A DNA stretch of 27,405 nt, taken from a virus. Taxonomy: Duplodnaviria > Caudoviricetes. The stretch is taken from IMG/VR virus record IMGVR_UViG_3300028585_000058, positions 1 through 27,405 of that record, one strand, 5' to 3'. Below, piece by piece: positions 23,599 through 27,405 of this stretch. The notes under the pieces were generated by a model that worked only from the letters and a program-made list of their open reading frames with translations, made no database searches and had not been told where the DNA came from. The translations under genes and the position numbers were made by a program. How positions within the stretch are numbered: position 1 is the first letter of the stretch; each line of letters begins with the position of its first letter.

Positions 23599-24891
23599 AT
23601 GGAACTATTCGACGCGCTAGCCGCCACTGAGCACTGGCGAAAGGCCGTGACGGATCCGACGTACGGGAAAGTAAGCAATCAGGCCCAGTACAGCTCGAAT
23701 GTGATGGAGGCATTCGGCGTAGCGCAATCCGGCGCTACCGTGTCGGCCACTTCTGCAATGCGTGTGTCAGCGGTCGCGGCCTGCGTGGCGAAAATCGCCG
23801 GCGCAATCGTCAGCATGCCGATTCACGAATATAGTCTCGACGGGGGGGAGATCCCTGCCAGAATGGCGCGCAGCGACCTCTGGTACCTGTTGAATGAGCA
23901 GCCGAGCCCGCAATACACCGCCGCTTCCATGTGGGAGGGTGTGAGTATGGCACAGCTGCTGCGTGGCGACGCCTACGGCCTGCTGCGCTGGCGCATGAAC
24001 GGCACGCTGCGCGAAATCCTGCCGCTGCCATGGGGCTCGGTGTCGCCAATGCGCATTCCTGGCGAGGGTGTGCGCTATTACGTGAACCTACCATCGCATG
24101 GGATTTCGACCTGGTTCGACCCGTCCGACATTCTGCACTTTCCTGGTTTGGGCTTCGACGATTCGACCATGCGGTCGATGTCCGTGATCCAGTTCGGCGC
24201 GCGCAGCGCGATCGGTAACGCCCTGGCGATGGATGAATACAGCGGCAAATTTTTCGAAGGCGGCGCGCACCCATCGATTATTCTGCAGGCAGCCGGAACA
24301 ATGGATCCGGACCAGGTAACTCAGCTGCAGGCGGCTTTCGCCAGCCGTTACGCCGGCTTGGCCAACGCGCACCGCTTGCCGCTGGTCCTGACTGAGGGAC
24401 TCACGGCCAAGGAGCTCAGCCTCTCAGCCGAAGATGCTCAGTTGCTGGAGGCTCGCAAGTTTCAAGTCATGGATATCTCCAGGGCGTTCGGTGTCCCGGG
24501 CTTCATGATCAACGAATCGACAGGCTCCACGAGCTGGGGCACGGGCCTGGAATCGATCGGCCGCGCCTTCGTGCAGTACACGCTGCAGACCTGGCTCCGC
24601 AAGATCGAGCAGGAGCTGAATCGAAAGCTCTACCCGCGAAATAACGGTCGCTTCCTCGAATTCCATCGTGAGGCACTGTACGCCGGCGATATCAAGGCCC
24701 AAGCCGAGGCCGACCGATCGGCCCTCGGTGGGCCGGGGTCGGGGGATGGCTACAAATCCGTGAACGAAGTTCGGCGCGGGCACCGACTACCGCCGATCGA
24801 CGGTGGCGACGAGATTTACCGAGCGCCGCGTGACGGCTCCGCGCCGACGAACAAACCGAACAACCCGCCAGACAACAAGGTAGCTGAATGA
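23599..24891 (+). CDS. Portal protein, HK97 family
   Basis: AVAACV..IA, LL..QP, LRGDAY, ILHF, DAQLLE.RKF...DI.R.FGVP and IEQELNRKL. Confidence 0.95.
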   Translation: MELFDALAATEHWRKAVTDPTYGKVSNQAQYSSNVMEAFGVAQSGATVSATSAMRVSAVAACVAKIAGAIVSMPIHEYSLDGGEIPARMARSDLWYLLNEQPSPQYTAASMWEGVSMAQLLRGDAYGLLRWRMNGTLREILPLPWGSVSPMRIPGEGVRYYVNLPSHGISTWFDPSDILHFPGLGFDDSTMRSMSVIQFGARSAIGNALAMDEYSGKFFEGGAHPSIILQAAGTMDPDQVTQLQAAFASRYAGLANAHRLPLVLTEGLTAKELSLSAEDAQLLEARKFQVMDISRAFGVPGFMINESTGSTSWGTGLESIGRAFVQYTLQTWLRKIEQELNRKLYPRNNGRFLEFHREALYAGDIKAQAEADRSALGGPGSGDGYKSVNEVRRGHRLPPIDGGDEIYRAPRDGSAPTNKPNNPPDNKVAE

Positions 24892-25688
24892 ATCCATTTT
24901 TCCAACTCTGCCTCGACAATGCGGCAACCGCCACCGTGGCTGGAAGACGCGCCGTCCTTGTGACGAACGCCGCCGGCCAGACGATCTTCGTCCGCGGAGT
25001 GATCGCGCCTGGGTATGAGGCCAACGCGGCGGACGTCGTCGCCGCGATCGATCAGGCCGACCCGACCAAGGACCTCAACGTCCATTTCAACACGCCCGGG
25101 GGCAGCGTTTTTGAGGGCAAGGAAATCGCCGCAGCGATTCGCAACTTCCCCGGCAAGACCATCGCCAACATCGTCAGCATGTGTGCCAGTGCCGGGACCA
25201 GCATCGCGGTCGCCTGCAACGAGGTCGTCATGCAAAAGGGAGCGTTCTTCATGATCCACAACGCCCAGGGCGCAGCGTTCGGCGACAAGTCCGCGCTGCG
25301 CGATACGGCTGACTTGATGGAGAAGATCGAGCTGTCGATCGTGGAGGACTACACCGCCAAGACCGGGAAGCCGGCCGAGGAAGTGATCGCCATGATGGAG
25401 GCGGAAACCTGGATGACGGCAGCCGAGGCGCTCGAGCACGGCTTCATCGACAGCATCGCTGGCGAAACCGCTGTTTCGAACGCATGGAATCTGTCGGCCT
25501 ACTCCAAAGCGCCGGCGGCGCTGGCGACCGCACCGGCGGCGGTCGAGCCGCCGAACCCGGCACCGGCGGCAGTCATGGTGCCAACTTCCGAAACCGCTCC
25601 GGAACCCGCTGCGGCGCCAGCCCCCGTCGTCAACTCGATGGCCCAGGCGAACCGCAACCGCCTCGCACTGATTCAAGCAACGACGTAA
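24888..25688 (+). CDS. Head maturation protease, ClpP-like
   Basis: NTPGGSVFEG, CASAGT (Ser), FMIHN (His) and ETWMTAAEALEHGFID. Pro/Ala-rich tail. Confidence 0.93.
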   Translation: MNPFFQLCLDNAATATVAGRRAVLVTNAAGQTIFVRGVIAPGYEANAADVVAAIDQADPTKDLNVHFNTPGGSVFEGKEIAAAIRNFPGKTIANIVSMCASAGTSIAVACNEVVMQKGAFFMIHNAQGAAFGDKSALRDTADLMEKIELSIVEDYTAKTGKPAEEVIAMMEAETWMTAAEALEHGFIDSIAGETAVSNAWNLSAYSKAPAALATAPAAVEPPNPAPAAVMVPTSETAPEPAAAPAPVVNSMAQANRNRLALIQATT

Positions 25689-25733
25689 CGCTTCTCGCGC
25701 TACACCCGCAGAGGCCGGACGCCTCAAACTTCT

Positions 25734-25762
25734 GGGAGCCCGTGTGGCTCCCTTTTCTTTTT
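25734..25762 (+). terminator. Terminator-like hairpin just upstream of the capsid gene
   Basis: GGGAGCC-CGTGT-GGCTCCC followed by TTTTCTTTTT. Confidence 0.55.
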
Positions 25763-25772
25763 AAGGACCCAC

Positions 25773-26966
25773 ATGGTTACGATCCAATCCCTGCGCGAGA
25801 AGATTTCCAATTTCGCACAACAAGCCCAACACCTGATCAACGAGAAGGGCGACCAGATCTGGACTGCCGACGACCAGGCTAAGTTCGACGGTTTCACGAA
25901 CGAAATCAACGGCGCCCGCCAGCAGATCTCGAACCTCGAAAAGATGCGCGAGATGGAAGCTGACAAGTTCTTCCAGAACGCCACCCCGAAGAAGCCGGAA
26001 GACGGCGTGGAGGTCACCGCCCTGGTCGCATGTGCGCTCTACCTGCGTAATGGCACTAACCTGACCGCCGAGCAGGCCGCCCAGATCCGCAATGCGATGT
26101 CGACCACCACTGGCTCCGAGGGCGGCTTCACCGTCCCAGCCGAAGTGGCCTCGATGGTCATCGAACGCCTGAAGGCCTACGGAGGCATGCGCGACGTCGC
26201 AACTATCATGCCGACCAACACCGGCGACCAGATGAACTGGCCGACTTCGGACGGCACCGGCGAAGAGGGTGAGATCGTCGCTGAGAACATCCAGACCAAC
26301 GTTCTAGACGTCTCCTTCGGCACCGTCGCTCTTCCGGTTTTCAACTACTCGTCGAAGGCCGTGGCCTTGCCGCTGCAGCTGATCAACGACAGTGCCGTCG
26401 ACGTCGTCGCGTTCGTGGTAAATCGCCTGGCAGTGCGTATTGCGCGCATCCAGAACCGCCACTTCACCGTGGGCACGGGCACCGGCCAGCCGCTCGGCAT
26501 GCTGACCGTTGCGGGCGTGGGCAAGATTGCCACTACCGGCCAGACCCTGACCGTCACCTATGACGATCTGGTCGACCTGAAGCACTCGGTCAACCGCGCG
26601 TATCGCAAGGGCGCCAAATACATGATGAACGACACCACCGTCCAGGGCGTGTCGAAGCTCAAGGACACCGTCGGCCGCCCGATCTGGATCCCGGCCATCA
26701 CTGAAGGCGCTCCGGACATGCTGAATGGCCATTCCGTGGCCATCAACGACGACGTGCCGACCATGGCCGCGAATGCCAAGTCGATCGCGTTCGGCGACTT
26801 CACCCAGTATACGATCCGCGATGTCAAAGGCAGCACCATCATGCGTCGCTTCGACGACTCGCCATTCGCGCTGAAGGGTCAGGCTGGCTTCTGCGGCTGG
26901 ACCCGCTCGGGCGGCAACCTGCTCGAGCCGGCGGCCGTCAAGGTCTTCCAAAACTCGGCGACCTAA
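25773..26966 (+). CDS. Major capsid protein, HK97 fold
   Basis: N-terminal coiled-coil delta domain, GGFTVP, GTGTGQPLG, LKDTVGRPIW and FGDF. Confidence 0.96.
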   Translation: MVTIQSLREKISNFAQQAQHLINEKGDQIWTADDQAKFDGFTNEINGARQQISNLEKMREMEADKFFQNATPKKPEDGVEVTALVACALYLRNGTNLTAEQAAQIRNAMSTTTGSEGGFTVPAEVASMVIERLKAYGGMRDVATIMPTNTGDQMNWPTSDGTGEEGEIVAENIQTNVLDVSFGTVALPVFNYSSKAVALPLQLINDSAVDVVAFVVNRLAVRIARIQNRHFTVGTGTGQPLGMLTVAGVGKIATTGQTLTVTYDDLVDLKHSVNRAYRKGAKYMMNDTTVQGVSKLKDTVGRPIWIPAITEGAPDMLNGHSVAINDDVPTMAANAKSIAFGDFTQYTIRDVKGSTIMRRFDDSPFALKGQAGFCGWTRSGGNLLEPAAVKVFQNSAT

Positions 26967-27017
26967 TCGAAACAGGCGGCCGGCGTGGTGCTGGCCGCCA
27001 ACACAGGAGATTCAAGC

Positions 27018-27182
27018 ATGGCAGAAGCCAAAAAAGTCAAAGCGCGCGTCCTGATCGACTGCGTGCACGGGAAGTGCAATGACGTGGTCGAGATCGATGC
27101 CGCCCAAGTAAAGTCGCTTGAAGGCGTGGTCGATGCAGATCCGGCTGCCATCGAATACGCGCAATCGACCGCCTCGAAGTAA
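27018..27182 (+). CDS. Small protein following the capsid gene
   Basis: AGGAG RBS, ATG 27018 (MAEAKKVKARVLIDC...). Confidence 0.7.
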   Translation: MAEAKKVKARVLIDCVHGKCNDVVEIDAAQVKSLEGVVDADPAAIEYAQSTASK

Positions 27183-27185
27183 TCC

Positions 27186-27371
27186 ATGAGCCCCGCGACC
27201 ACCGCCTGGCTCGCCAACGTGCGCGCCGAGGCGGAGGTCCCGGGCGCTTTCATGATCGCCATCCAGTCCGGCAAGGGCAGGGTGGTTATCTTCCCTGATG
27301 AAGTAGTCGGCAAGTCCGACGAGGAGCTGCTGGCGTTTGTCCGCGAGCGCACTTCGAACCCTGACCGGTAG
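27186..27371 (+). CDS. Hypothetical protein
   Basis: 61 aa, in operon order. Confidence 0.6.
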   Translation: MSPATTAWLANVRAEAEVPGAFMIAIQSGKGRVVIFPDEVVGKSDEELLAFVRERTSNPDR

Positions 27372-27379
27372 GCCGCCAC

Positions 27380-27405
27380 ATGATCAAACTCGACCGCGCC
27401 GCCGG
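27380..27405 (+). CDS. Start of the next gene (head-tail connector expected by position), truncated by the window
   Basis: ATG at 27380, open to the end of the window. The identity rests on synteny only. Confidence 0.35.

Noticed and set aside
1-27405. CRISPR arrays, tRNAs, IS elements, reverse transcriptase/DGR or retron
   Set aside because: No repeat-spacer arrays, cloverleafs, transposase or RT motifs were seen by eye.

Overview
This window is the central part of a lambdoid, HK97-like (probably cos-type) temperate prophage from a GC-rich bacterium; the gene style suggests Betaproteobacteria, possibly Oxalobacteraceae (inference). From left to right it holds: (1) the first gene of the leftward early operon with PL and two repressor operators; (2) a divergent unit that appears to be repressor-controlled, made of a ~270-310 nt highly structured, GNRA-rich putative non-coding RNA and a small ORF; (3) lower-GC cargo downstream of cI: a membrane-anchored coiled-coil protein, two lipoproteins and a catalytically dead S24 domain coupled to cI; (4) a cI/cro switch with three operators; (5) a long rightward early operon encoding a beta-clamp-like protein, a C5 methyltransferase with internal repeats, an ASCH-like protein, DUF1364, a helicase-methyltransferase fusion, Rha/antirepressor, a replication-initiator C-terminal domain without its DNA-binding head, and DUF1064; (6) an AT-rich HEPN-motif moron; (7) a Q-like antiterminator with a late promoter and terminator; (8) a higBA-type toxin-antitoxin pair; (9) the head module: HNH, terminase subunits, portal, ClpP-type protease and major capsid protein. 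The most novel-looking element is the structured RNA at ~457-765. It may relate to the apparent absence of a complete O/P-type replication module. All family assignments come from motif recognition by eye, not database searches.
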